DNA of 64,000 nt, taken from assembly GCA_035687245.1 (NCBI GenBank), contig DASRYH010000019.1:11733-75732 (forward strand), in the 5' to 3' direction. Source of the stretch: Coriobacteriia bacterium. Its GTDB lineage: Bacteria > Actinomycetota > Coriobacteriia > Anaerosomatales > PHET01. Positions 26,111-34,424 of the stretch are shown piece after piece. Each line of letters starts with the position of its first letter. The stretch's first letter is position 1. Under the pieces are notes generated by a model. It had not been told where the DNA came from. It ran no database searches and saw only the letters and a program-made list of their open reading frames with translations. The position numbers and the translations under genes were made by a program.

Positions 26111-27175
26111 CTACCTGATCCCGAGGCGATCGAGCGTGTCTTGAAGCTCCTCGATCTGCCCGATGTCGAGCCAGGAACGCTCCGCGATGGGGTAGACGCC
26201 CACGTTGCGCCCGGCCGCCTTGGTCATCTCGATGAGGTCGGTCGCATCGGTGAAGGTGTCGTCCTTGATCAGATCGAGGACATCGGACTCCATGACATAG
26301 ACGCCGGTGGAGACGAGCATGTCGAAACGCGGCTTCTCGCGGAGATTCTCGAGCATTCCGCCCTCGCCGACGTCGCACACGCCGTAAGGCAGAACGACCG
26401 ACTGCATCGACGCGATGATCGTGATCGCGTTGTTGTGGCTGCGGTGATAGTCGATCGCGCAGGAGTACTCCGTGTCGATAATGGTGTCGCAGTTGGCGAG
26501 GATGAAGGTGCCATCGATGTCGCGCGCCATGAGCTTGAGACTGCCGGCGGTCCCGAGAGGCTTGTCCTCGTCGTAGAAGCGCAGGCCGTAGTCGAGTCGA
26601 ACGTCACTGAAGTAGGCGCGAATCAGGCTCGACTTGTGGTTGAGAGAGACCAGGAAGTCGCTCACGCCCTGCTCGTGGAAGCGATCCATGATGAGCTGCA
26701 GAATCGGGATGTCGCCAACGGGCATGAGGGGCTTGGGGAGGATGCGCGTGAACGGCTGCAGCCTCGTGCCCTTTCCGCCTGCCATGATCGCGACCGGAAC
26801 GTCGATCGTAGTGTGAAACCCGCGTGGCTTGCCGAAGACGTCGTTCCAGCGAATCGCATCGATCAGCCGGCCGTCATCGTCGAGCACGGGAATCGCCTCG
26901 AGCTGACGGTCGAGGAAGATCTCGCGCACGTGCTCTTCGGAGAAGCCCTTGCGCACCACCACGGGCTCGTCGTTCATTGCCATCGATACCGGGTCGCTTA
27001 GTTGGCGACCTGCGAGGATGTGCCGACGGATGTCGCCGTCGGTGAGCACGCCAAGGAGGATCTCGCCGGCGCTGGCCACGAACAGGATGCCTCCGGTCCC
27101 GTGGTTCAACGTCTCGAGAGCCTCGATGACAGAGATGTTCGGTGTGACGATTGCGTTCTTGATGCGGTCGGTCAT
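26111..27175 (-). CDS. CBS-domain-containing sugar-phosphate nucleotidyltransferase (PtmE-like)
   Basis: ORF 26111..27229 trimmed to the ATG at 27175. N-terminal CBS pair (GVLTDGDIRRHIL), then the NTP-transferase motif VAIMAGGKGTRLQPFTRILPKPLMPV. Confidence 0.8.
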   Translation of the reverse strand: MTDRIKNAIVTPNISVIEALETLNHGTGGILFVASAGEILLGVLTDGDIRRHILAGRQLSDPVSMAMNDEPVVVRKGFSEEHVREIFLDRQLEAIPVLDDDGRLIDAIRWNDVFGKPRGFHTTIDVPVAIMAGGKGTRLQPFTRILPKPLMPVGDIPILQLIMDRFHEQGVSDFLVSLNHKSSLIRAYFSDVRLDYGLRFYDEDKPLGTAGSLKLMARDIDGTFILANCDTIIDTEYSCAIDYHRSHNNAITIIASMQSVVLPYGVCDVGEGGMLENLREKPRFDMLVSTGVYVMESDVLDLIKDDTFTDATDLIEMTKAAGRNVGVYPIAERSWLDIGQIEELQDTLDRLGIR

Positions 27176-27182
27176 TCGGCCT

Positions 27183-28361
27183 CTAGCCTCTCGCAAGCGA
27201 CCTGATCGTCGAAACGACGCGGTCGACATCGGCTTCGGTCAAGTCGCTACTGCATGGCACGTTCAGAATACGCTCCCAGAACCAGACTGCACGCTCAGGG
27301 CTGACCACGCGACAACCAGCGTAGGGAGCGTTCATGTGCACGGGCAGCCAAAGCGGCCTGCTCTGGATCTTCGCTTCCGAAAGGGCCTGCATCAGCGCCT
27401 CGCGGTCCATCCCAAACTCATCGGCGTCCACCAGCAGCGTGAAGAACCAGGAGTTGGAGAAGGTTCCTTCGGGTGCCTGCATGACAGTGATGCCCGGCAC
27501 GTCGGCGAGTCCCTCGGTGTAGCGCGCCCGGTTGCGGCGCTTGGTCTCGATGAAGCTTTCGATCTGCTCCATCTGCGCGACGCCGATGGCGGCCGACACG
27601 TTGGTGAGCGCGTAGTTGAAGCCTACCGTGCCATGCACGTAGCGGACCGGATCGTCCTTGGCCTGGCCGACGAGGTAGCGCGCGCGCTTCGCGAACTCCT
27701 CGTCGTCGGTGACGATCATGCCGCCACCGCCGGTGGTGATGAGCTTGTTGCCGTTGAAGGAGAACGCGCCGGCCATGCCCAGCGTGCCCGTGTAGCGGCC
27801 AGCCAGCGGACCTTGTGTGTAGTAGGAGCCGAGGCTTTCGGTAGCGTCCTCGATGACTGCCAGCCCGAAGCGTTCGGCAATCTCGAGAACGCGCACCATG
27901 TCGCACGGATCGCCGAAGATGTGCACCGGCATTATCGCCTTCACGCGAAGGCCAGTGACGTCGTCAACGAGTTCGCCGCCGGTGTCGATACTGTCCAGAT
28001 ACGCCTCGAGCGCGTCGGCATCCAGCCCCAGGTGCTCGTCACATCCAACAAGGATGGGCTGCGCGCCCGTGTAGTGGACCGCGTTTGCCGAAGCGATGAA
28101 GGTTGCCGTCGGCACGATCACCGCGTCACCGGCGCCCACGCCGGCAATCGACAGTGCCACGTGCAGCGCAGCGGTGCCGGTAGTGGTGGCGACGGCGAAT
28201 CGCGCTCCGGTCAGCGCCCTGACGGCGTCTTCAAAGCGGGTGACATAGGCGCCCGCGCCGGAGAGCCAACCGGTGTTGAGGCAGTCCTCGGTGTAGGCCC
28301 ACTCGTTGCCCCGCACCACCGGGACGGACAGCGGCAGAAACTCGTGCGCGCCATCAGACAT
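27183..28361 (-). CDS. DegT/DnrJ/EryC1-family PLP-dependent sugar aminotransferase (LegC-like)
   Basis: ORF 27183..28610 trimmed to the ATG at 28361 (MSDGAHEFLPLSVPVVRGNEWAYTEDCL). FSFNGNKLITTGGGGM contains the PLP lysine, in contrast to the His in ddhC. 392 aa. Confidence 0.85.
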   Translation of the reverse strand: MSDGAHEFLPLSVPVVRGNEWAYTEDCLNTGWLSGAGAYVTRFEDAVRALTGARFAVATTTGTAALHVALSIAGVGAGDAVIVPTATFIASANAVHYTGAQPILVGCDEHLGLDADALEAYLDSIDTGGELVDDVTGLRVKAIMPVHIFGDPCDMVRVLEIAERFGLAVIEDATESLGSYYTQGPLAGRYTGTLGMAGAFSFNGNKLITTGGGGMIVTDDEEFAKRARYLVGQAKDDPVRYVHGTVGFNYALTNVSAAIGVAQMEQIESFIETKRRNRARYTEGLADVPGITVMQAPEGTFSNSWFFTLLVDADEFGMDREALMQALSEAKIQSRPLWLPVHMNAPYAGCRVVSPERAVWFWERILNVPCSSDLTEADVDRVVSTIRSLARG

Positions 28362-29352
28362 TGTAGATATCCCAACGGTAGCGGCTGAGGTTGGCCGGGT
28401 CGCTGAACCACTCGATGGTCTCGGCGAGGCCTTCTTCGAGTGTGTACTTCGGCGCCCAGTCGGTGAGCGACTTGATGAGCGTGGTGTCGGCGAGAAGGCG
28501 CTCGACCTCGCTCTTCTCGGGACGCAGGCGCTCGTCGGAGGAGATGATCTCAGTGCCAGGGCGCACCATATCGATGAGCAGCTGGGCCAGCTCGCCGACG
28601 GTGATCTCACGGCCGGAGCCGATGTTGACGTCGCGACCGATCGCCTCGTCGCACTCGGTGAGCGCGATCATGCCGGCCACGGTGTCCTTGGCGAAGTTCA
28701 GGTCACGGGTGGGGTGCAGCGACCCGAGCTTGATCTGCTCGGCACCGCCACACAGCTGCGTGATGATCGTGGGGATGACGGCACGCGCGGACTGGCGCGG
28801 GCCGTAGGTGTTGAACGGTCGAACCGTCACGACCGGCAGGTCGAAGGAGCGGTAGTAGGACTCGGCCATCTTGTCGGCGCCGATCTTGGAGGCAGAGTAC
28901 GGCGACTGCCCCTGTAGCGGGTGCTTCTCGTCGATGGGAGCGTACTGAGCCGTGCCGTAGACCTCTGAGGTGCTGGTGACGGCGACGCGCTCGAGCTCGA
29001 AGTCGCGCGCAGCCTGCAGCACGTTGAGCGTGCCGCGGATGTTGGTGTCGACGTAGGAGTCGGGCGCGAAGTACGAGTAGGGGATGGCGATGAGGGCCGC
29101 CAGATGCATGCAGACGTCGGCGTCCTCGAGCGACTTGCGGACGAACACGGCGTCGCGCACGTCGCCCATCACGACCTCTATGGAGTTCTGGATCTCTGCG
29201 GGCAGCGTATCGAGCCAGCCGCGGGAGCCGAACGAGTTGTAGTAGGTGAAGGCGCGCACGTCGGCACCATGCTCAACGAGGGCTTCTACCAGATGGCTAC
29301 CGATGAAGCCGTCGGATCCGGTGACGACGACCTTCTTGCCGCGCAACTGCAT
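28354..29352 (-). CDS. NAD-dependent sugar 4,6-dehydratase (LegB-like, SDR extended family)
   Basis: MQLRGKKVVVTGSDGFIGSHLVEALVEHGADVRAF.YYNSFGSRGWL and YSASKIGAD (YxxxK). AGGAG RBS upstream. Confidence 0.8.
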   Translation of the reverse strand: MQLRGKKVVVTGSDGFIGSHLVEALVEHGADVRAFTYYNSFGSRGWLDTLPAEIQNSIEVVMGDVRDAVFVRKSLEDADVCMHLAALIAIPYSYFAPDSYVDTNIRGTLNVLQAARDFELERVAVTSTSEVYGTAQYAPIDEKHPLQGQSPYSASKIGADKMAESYYRSFDLPVVTVRPFNTYGPRQSARAVIPTIITQLCGGAEQIKLGSLHPTRDLNFAKDTVAGMIALTECDEAIGRDVNIGSGREITVGELAQLLIDMVRPGTEIISSDERLRPEKSEVERLLADTTLIKSLTDWAPKYTLEEGLAETIEWFSDPANLSRYRWDIYNV

Positions 29353-29445
29353 ATCGAGTGGCTCCTGTCACTTCGTTTTCAAGTTCGATGGTTCGGGTCG
29401 TAATTGTAACGCTAGGCAAGGGCCCGGCCGTCACGTGCGCGGGCG

Positions 29446-30699
29446 CTAGGCTTTGCCCAACGCACCGTTCTGCACGCCCGCGGCGGCAAATCGCTGGTAG
29501 ACGATCGCGCAGACGATAGCCACCAGAAGCGCCGGGTACAGGAACGACGACGTGCTCACGGTCGAGATGAGCAGCACGTAGTCGAGTGGCACCAGAAGCA
29601 GGCCGAAGAGCAGCGCATATCCGAAGTCCCACTTGTCGAGTTCGGCTTCGGCGAACAAGGCGATCGGGATCAGCAGGTGCACGAGCGTGTAGTCGTGCGA
29701 CTCGAACGGCAGAAGCAGCATGGCCGCGAACAGCAGCGTGAACCGCTTCCAGTCGGTGCGCTCGAAACGGATGACGTAGGCGCTGAGCACCACGAAGCTC
29801 ACGAGCGCGAAGACGACGTAAGCCGTGCGCATCGGATCAGACGGGAAGGCGCCGGTCACGAGCCGGTACGCGACCGTCACCACGCCCCACAGGCTGTGGC
29901 CGTGCTGGTGCGCGCCAAGCGTGTCTGCGTACCCGACGTGGCCGACGAAGAGCGACTCGTACCAGTGCTGTAGCAGCTGAGGCACGCTGAAACCAGAGAC
30001 CACGGAGAGCGCGAGCGTAGCGAGCGCCTCAAAGCCGATGGCCGCTGCGATCGCGATGCCGAGCTCCTTCCACTTGCGGTCGGCGATGAACAGCACGATG
30101 AAGACGCCGGGGTACATCTTGTAGGCGATTGCTGCACCAAGCGCGACGGCCGCCAACGACGAGCGCTTCTTCAGGAAGAGATAGGTGAACGCCGCGAGCA
30201 GCATGAAGAGGAAGATCTCCTCGTTGCCGCGGTCGACCGTGAAGAGCACCGGGTACGACATCGTGGCGATGGCGGTCGTGACGAGCAGCCCTACAACTGT
30301 CGCTCGCCCTCTCATCTCGGTTGCCACGTGATCCCAGAGAATCGCGATGACCACGACCGAGAAGCTCAAGAGCGCGAGCCCAAATGCGATCTTCTGCACG
30401 GGGATCAGCGAGAACAGGCCCATCAGCGACGTACCGAACGGTGAGTAGGGCATGTCCATGCTGTGCCCGCGGAGCAGCAGCGACGCGCGGTCGAGATCGC
30501 CGTAGAAGTCGTCGAAGCGCCTTCCAGGCTTGAACAGGAAGGTGTTGAGCGGGTACGGGTACTTGCGGTAGATGCCAAGCACGTAGTGGAAGACCGACGA
30601 CAGCCAGGTTCCGGCCACGACGGTGAGCGTTATGAGAAGAGCGCGCCGGTTCTTCGGATGGCTGAGATCCAGCGTCGTCGAAGGACTCTGGGTGGGCAC
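29446..30699 (-). CDS. polytopic membrane protein, GT87/DUF2029-like putative GT-C glycosyltransferase
   Basis: 417 aa, about 11 TM helices. First-loop region RRFDDFYGDLDRASLLLRGHSMDMPYSPFG, then AIAYKMYPGVFIVLFIADRKWK, which resembles the GT87 K..P...RxW segment. Confidence 0.65.
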   Translation of the reverse strand: MPTQSPSTTLDLSHPKNRRALLITLTVVAGTWLSSVFHYVLGIYRKYPYPLNTFLFKPGRRFDDFYGDLDRASLLLRGHSMDMPYSPFGTSLMGLFSLIPVQKIAFGLALLSFSVVVIAILWDHVATEMRGRATVVGLLVTTAIATMSYPVLFTVDRGNEEIFLFMLLAAFTYLFLKKRSSLAAVALGAAIAYKMYPGVFIVLFIADRKWKELGIAIAAAIGFEALATLALSVVSGFSVPQLLQHWYESLFVGHVGYADTLGAHQHGHSLWGVVTVAYRLVTGAFPSDPMRTAYVVFALVSFVVLSAYVIRFERTDWKRFTLLFAAMLLLPFESHDYTLVHLLIPIALFAEAELDKWDFGYALLFGLLLVPLDYVLLISTVSTSSFLYPALLVAIVCAIVYQRFAAAGVQNGALGKA

Positions 30700-30909
30700 T
30701 CACGGTCCTTTCAGTACACGACAGTTATTGTCACGCGGCCGCAGCGCAGCATCACGCGCTGCGTTCGACCGCTGAAATGTCCCCCTACGCATGCAGGATA
30801 CCGCGAAAGGGTAGCACCGAGCCGAGAGCCGCGTGGTTTCGTGTTCGAAGCGTTGCCTGCTCGTGTAAACTGTCTGGACTTGTATTCGGCGTCGTTAAAG
30901 GGGTGCGCC

Positions 30910-31827
30910 ATGTCGCTTCCGACCGTGGAAAAGATCTGGATGGACGGCCAGCTGGTCGACTGGGACAAGGCGCAGGTACACGTACTGACGCACGCCCTGC
31001 ACTACGGCACCGGCGTCTTCGAAGGAATCCGCTGCTACGAGCAGGCTGACGGCGGTTCGGCGGTCTTCCGTCTCACCGAGCACATGGAGCGTTTCGAGCG
31101 CTCGGCCAAGATGCTCTTCATGGACCTCGGCTACTCCGTCGACGAGCTCGTCGAGGCGGTCAAGGAGACGATCCGGGTCAACGGCCTGAAGTCGTGCTAC
31201 ATCCGCCCGATCGCGTTTCGCGGCTATGGCGTGATGGGTCTCGACCCGCTGCCTGCACCGGTGAACGTCGTCATCGCCTGCTGGTCGTGGGGCGCCTACA
31301 TGGGCGAAGAGGCGCTGCGCGACGGCGTGGACGCAGGCATCAGCTCGTGGCGTCAGCGCGGTATCAACGCGTGCCCGCCGGCGATCAAGGCGACCGCCAA
31401 CTACCTCAACAGCTCGCTCGCGCGCATCGAGGCCAACCAGCACGGCTATGTAGAGGCAATCATGCTCAACGAGCAGGGCCTGGTGGCCGAAGGCACTGGC
31501 GAGAACATCTTCATCGTGCGCGACGGGATCATCTCCACGCCGCCGGTCTCCGACGGCATCCTCCAAGGCATCACGCGCGACTCGATCATCGTCCTCGCCG
31601 ACGAACTCGACATCCCGGTCGTCGAAGAGTCGATCGTGCGAACTGACCTCTATACCTGCGACGAGATGTTCATGACGGGCTCGGCTGCCGAAGTCACTCC
31701 GGTGCGTTCGGTGGACCACCGCGCCATCGGACCGGCCGGCCCCATCACCCTGGAGCTGCAGCGCAAGTTCTTCCGCGTGGTTCGCGGCGAGGAGCCCGAC
31801 TACGCCGAATGGCTCGAGCGCCTCTAG
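30910..31827 (+). CDS. ilvE: branched-chain amino acid aminotransferase
   Basis: ORF 30463..31827 trimmed to the ATG at 30910 (MSLPTVEKIWMDGQLVDWDKAQVHVLTHALHYGTGVFEGIRCY). 305 aa. Confidence 0.9.
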   Translation: MSLPTVEKIWMDGQLVDWDKAQVHVLTHALHYGTGVFEGIRCYEQADGGSAVFRLTEHMERFERSAKMLFMDLGYSVDELVEAVKETIRVNGLKSCYIRPIAFRGYGVMGLDPLPAPVNVVIACWSWGAYMGEEALRDGVDAGISSWRQRGINACPPAIKATANYLNSSLARIEANQHGYVEAIMLNEQGLVAEGTGENIFIVRDGIISTPPVSDGILQGITRDSIIVLADELDIPVVEESIVRTDLYTCDEMFMTGSAAEVTPVRSVDHRAIGPAGPITLELQRKFFRVVRGEEPDYAEWLERL

Positions 31828-31860
31828 GCACTTCGAGCTCAGAGCAAGGGGCTGAAACGC

Positions 31861-33420
31861 GTGATCACGATCTACGACACGACTCTGCGAGACGGCACCC
31901 AGCGCGAAGGGCTGTCGCTGTCCGTCGAGGACAAAGTGCGCATCGCGATGAAGCTCGACCTGCTCGGCGTGCACTACATCGAGGGCGGCTTCCCCGGAAG
32001 CAACCCCAAAGACATCGAGTTCTTCGAGCGCGCCCGCACACTCAAGCTTGAGAACGCGGTCATCTCGGCCTTCGGCTCCACGCGTCATAAGGACGCGACT
32101 GCCGAAGACGACGCCGGCCTGGCAGCACTTCTCGCCACGGGCTGCTCCGCGCTGTGCATCTTCGGCAAGGCGTGGGACGTCCACGTCACCGAGACGCTGC
32201 AGACCACGCTCGAGCGCAACGTCGAGATGGTGGGGGACTCGGTTGCCCACCTCGTGGCTGCTGGACGCACCGTCTTCTTCGACGCCGAGCACTTCTTCGA
32301 CGGCTACAAGGCTAAGCCCGACTACGCGCTTGAGGTCTGCCGCGCGGCCGCCGAGGCCGGCGCGAGTGCCGTCATCCTCTGCGACACCAACGGGGGCACG
32401 CTGCCACACGAGGTCTCTCGCATCGTCGCCGAAGTGTCCGCAGCACTTCCGGGCGTAGCGCTGGGCATGCACGCGCACAACGACACCGGCTGCGCTGTGG
32501 CCAACTCGCTCGTCGCTGTGGACGCGGGCTGCGTGCAGGTACAGGGCACCATGAACGGCTACGGCGAGCGCGCTGGCAACGCCGACCTCACGAGCATCAT
32601 CCCTGGTCTTGAGCTCAAGATGGGCCGGGAAGCTATAGGTCGCGAGCGCATGAAGCTACTCACCGAGGTGAGTTACTTCATCGCTGAGACCGCCAACATC
32701 TCGCCGAACCCGCACCAGCCCTACGTGGGAGCGAGCGCGTTTGCGCACAAGGGCGGCGTGCACGCGAGCGCCGTGGTGCGACTGCCCGAGGCTTACGAGC
32801 ACGCCGAGCCTTCGGCAGTAGGAAACCTCGCGCGCGTGGTCGTGAGTGAGCTCGCGGGTCGGGCCTCGCTCACGCTCAAGGCGCAGGAGATGGGCATCGA
32901 GCTGGCGGGGGAGACCGCAGCCGAGGTGCTCGACTCGATCAAGGAGCTCGAGTACCACGGTTACAGCTTCGAGGCGGCCGACGGATCGCTCGAGCTCATG
33001 CTCAAGAAGCGCATCGGCACCTACGAGCCGCTCTTCCGACTGGAGAGCTTCCGCGTCATCGCTGAGAAGCGCGAAGACGGCCGTGTGATGACTGAGGCCA
33101 CCATCAAAGTCCATGTGCAGGGCCACCGCTACATCGCGACTGCCGAAGGAAACGGTCCGGTCAACGCGCTGGACAAGGCGCTGCGCATCGCGATCATGCG
33201 CTTCTACCCGGCGCTCGAGACGATGCAGCTGCAGGACTTCAAGGTCCGCGTGCTCGACGAGAAGAAGGGCACCGGCGCCGTCACTCGAGTCCTTATCGAG
33301 ATGGCCGATGCCGAGCACTCGTGGGGCACCGTTGGCGTCTCCGAAAACATCATCGAGGCCTCATGGGAGGCGCTCGTCGACGCCGTTGAATACGGGCTCA
33401 CACACCGCAGTCACGATTAA
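31861..33420 (+). CDS. cimA: citramalate synthase (LeuA/CimA family)
   Basis: GTG start. ITIYDTTLRDGTQREGLSLSVEDKVRIAMKLDLLGVHYIEGGFPGSNPKD, HAHNDTGCAVANS, and a C-terminal LeuA-dimer-like domain. 519 aa fits CimA better than LeuA. Confidence 0.8.
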   Translation: MITIYDTTLRDGTQREGLSLSVEDKVRIAMKLDLLGVHYIEGGFPGSNPKDIEFFERARTLKLENAVISAFGSTRHKDATAEDDAGLAALLATGCSALCIFGKAWDVHVTETLQTTLERNVEMVGDSVAHLVAAGRTVFFDAEHFFDGYKAKPDYALEVCRAAAEAGASAVILCDTNGGTLPHEVSRIVAEVSAALPGVALGMHAHNDTGCAVANSLVAVDAGCVQVQGTMNGYGERAGNADLTSIIPGLELKMGREAIGRERMKLLTEVSYFIAETANISPNPHQPYVGASAFAHKGGVHASAVVRLPEAYEHAEPSAVGNLARVVVSELAGRASLTLKAQEMGIELAGETAAEVLDSIKELEYHGYSFEAADGSLELMLKKRIGTYEPLFRLESFRVIAEKREDGRVMTEATIKVHVQGHRYIATAEGNGPVNALDKALRIAIMRFYPALETMQLQDFKVRVLDEKKGTGAVTRVLIEMADAEHSWGTVGVSENIIEASWEALVDAVEYGLTHRSHD

Positions 33421-33550
33421 GAGCTGCGGCTTTTCCCCTCGTGGGACACGTACCGTTGACCGATTGTAGGCGCAACCTCGCAGGAGTGAACGATTCCGCA
33501 TGGTAAACGACGCATGGGACACAGGTTTCGAGCGCGCCAGGGAGTCGGGG

Positions 33551-34336
33551 ATGCGAGTCGTCCGGGTGTTGTTCGAGGGAGACTGTCGTTACGGCCTTGC
33601 CGATGACGAGACGGTCACCCTCATCAGCGATGAACCGTTTGCGGCATGGGAGCCGGAAGGCGTCCTGCCGCTCCATGAGGCGACGCTGCTTTCGCCCGTC
33701 ACGCCCACCAAGATCGTCTGCGTGGGTCTGAACTACCGCACTCACATCGCCGAGATGGGCCACGAGATGCCAGTGGAGCCCGTCATCTTCATCAAGCCGT
33801 CGACGGCCGTGACTGGCCCGGGAACCGCCATCGTTCTGCCGCCCGGCGTAGGGCGAGTCGACCACGAGGCTGAACTCGGAGTCGTGGTTGGCAGGCGAAC
33901 TCACCGGGCGACGCGCGAAGAGGCCGCAGGCAACATCCTCGGCTACACGTGTGGCAACGACGTCACAGCCCGTGACCTGCAGAAACGCGATGGCCAGTGG
34001 TCGCGCGCGAAGGGTTTCGACGGGTTCTGCCCTCTCGGCCCGTGGGTCGAGACCGACGTGGACCCCACCGACCTGGCGATTCGTTGCCGCGTCAACGGCG
34101 AGCTGCGCCAGAGCGCGCACACGAGCGATATGATCTTTGACGTCTACGACCTCGTAAGCTTCGTGAGCGGTGTGATGACGCTCGTTCCCGGCGACGTCGT
34201 CCTTACGGGCACTCCCGGCGGCATCGGCGAGTTGCACGACGGCGATGTCGTTGTGGTCGAGATCGATGGGGTAGGTGCGCTGAGTAACGCAGTGGTCACC
34301 CATGACCGCGAAGTCGAGCGCGTGCACAGTCTCTAG
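33551..34336 (+). CDS. fumarylacetoacetate hydrolase (FAH)-family protein
   Basis: Trimmed to the ATG at 33551. KIVCVGLNYRTHIAEMG, HEAELGVVVGR and LTGTPGGIG are present. Confidence 0.8.
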   Translation: MRVVRVLFEGDCRYGLADDETVTLISDEPFAAWEPEGVLPLHEATLLSPVTPTKIVCVGLNYRTHIAEMGHEMPVEPVIFIKPSTAVTGPGTAIVLPPGVGRVDHEAELGVVVGRRTHRATREEAAGNILGYTCGNDVTARDLQKRDGQWSRAKGFDGFCPLGPWVETDVDPTDLAIRCRVNGELRQSAHTSDMIFDVYDLVSFVSGVMTLVPGDVVLTGTPGGIGELHDGDVVVVEIDGVGALSNAVVTHDREVERVHSL

Positions 34337-34424
34337 CGCCCGTACCGCCCAACTGCTTGAACTTCCGTGTCCAACTCCGCCGCCTACCTGCGGCTATGTC
34401 TTGAGAAAGTGCTAGGTTCTAGAC

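Noticed and set aside
8835-28388. Long antisense or alternate-frame ORFs over the glycan genes (for example 8835..10202, 10251..11573, 13864..14718, 16888..18048, 17783..18667, 21197..22411, 23534..24865, 26949..28388)
   Set aside because: Each overlaps a gene with strong family motifs on the other strand or frame. The translations are Arg/Ala/Gly/Asp-rich, without motifs or hydrophobic structure.
29403-29408. TACAAT -10-like hexamer (minus strand) upstream of the LegB-like gene as an internal promoter
   Set aside because: I found no convincing -35 at 16-18 nt spacing. The 93-nt gap may simply allow read-through from the upstream GT87-like gene.
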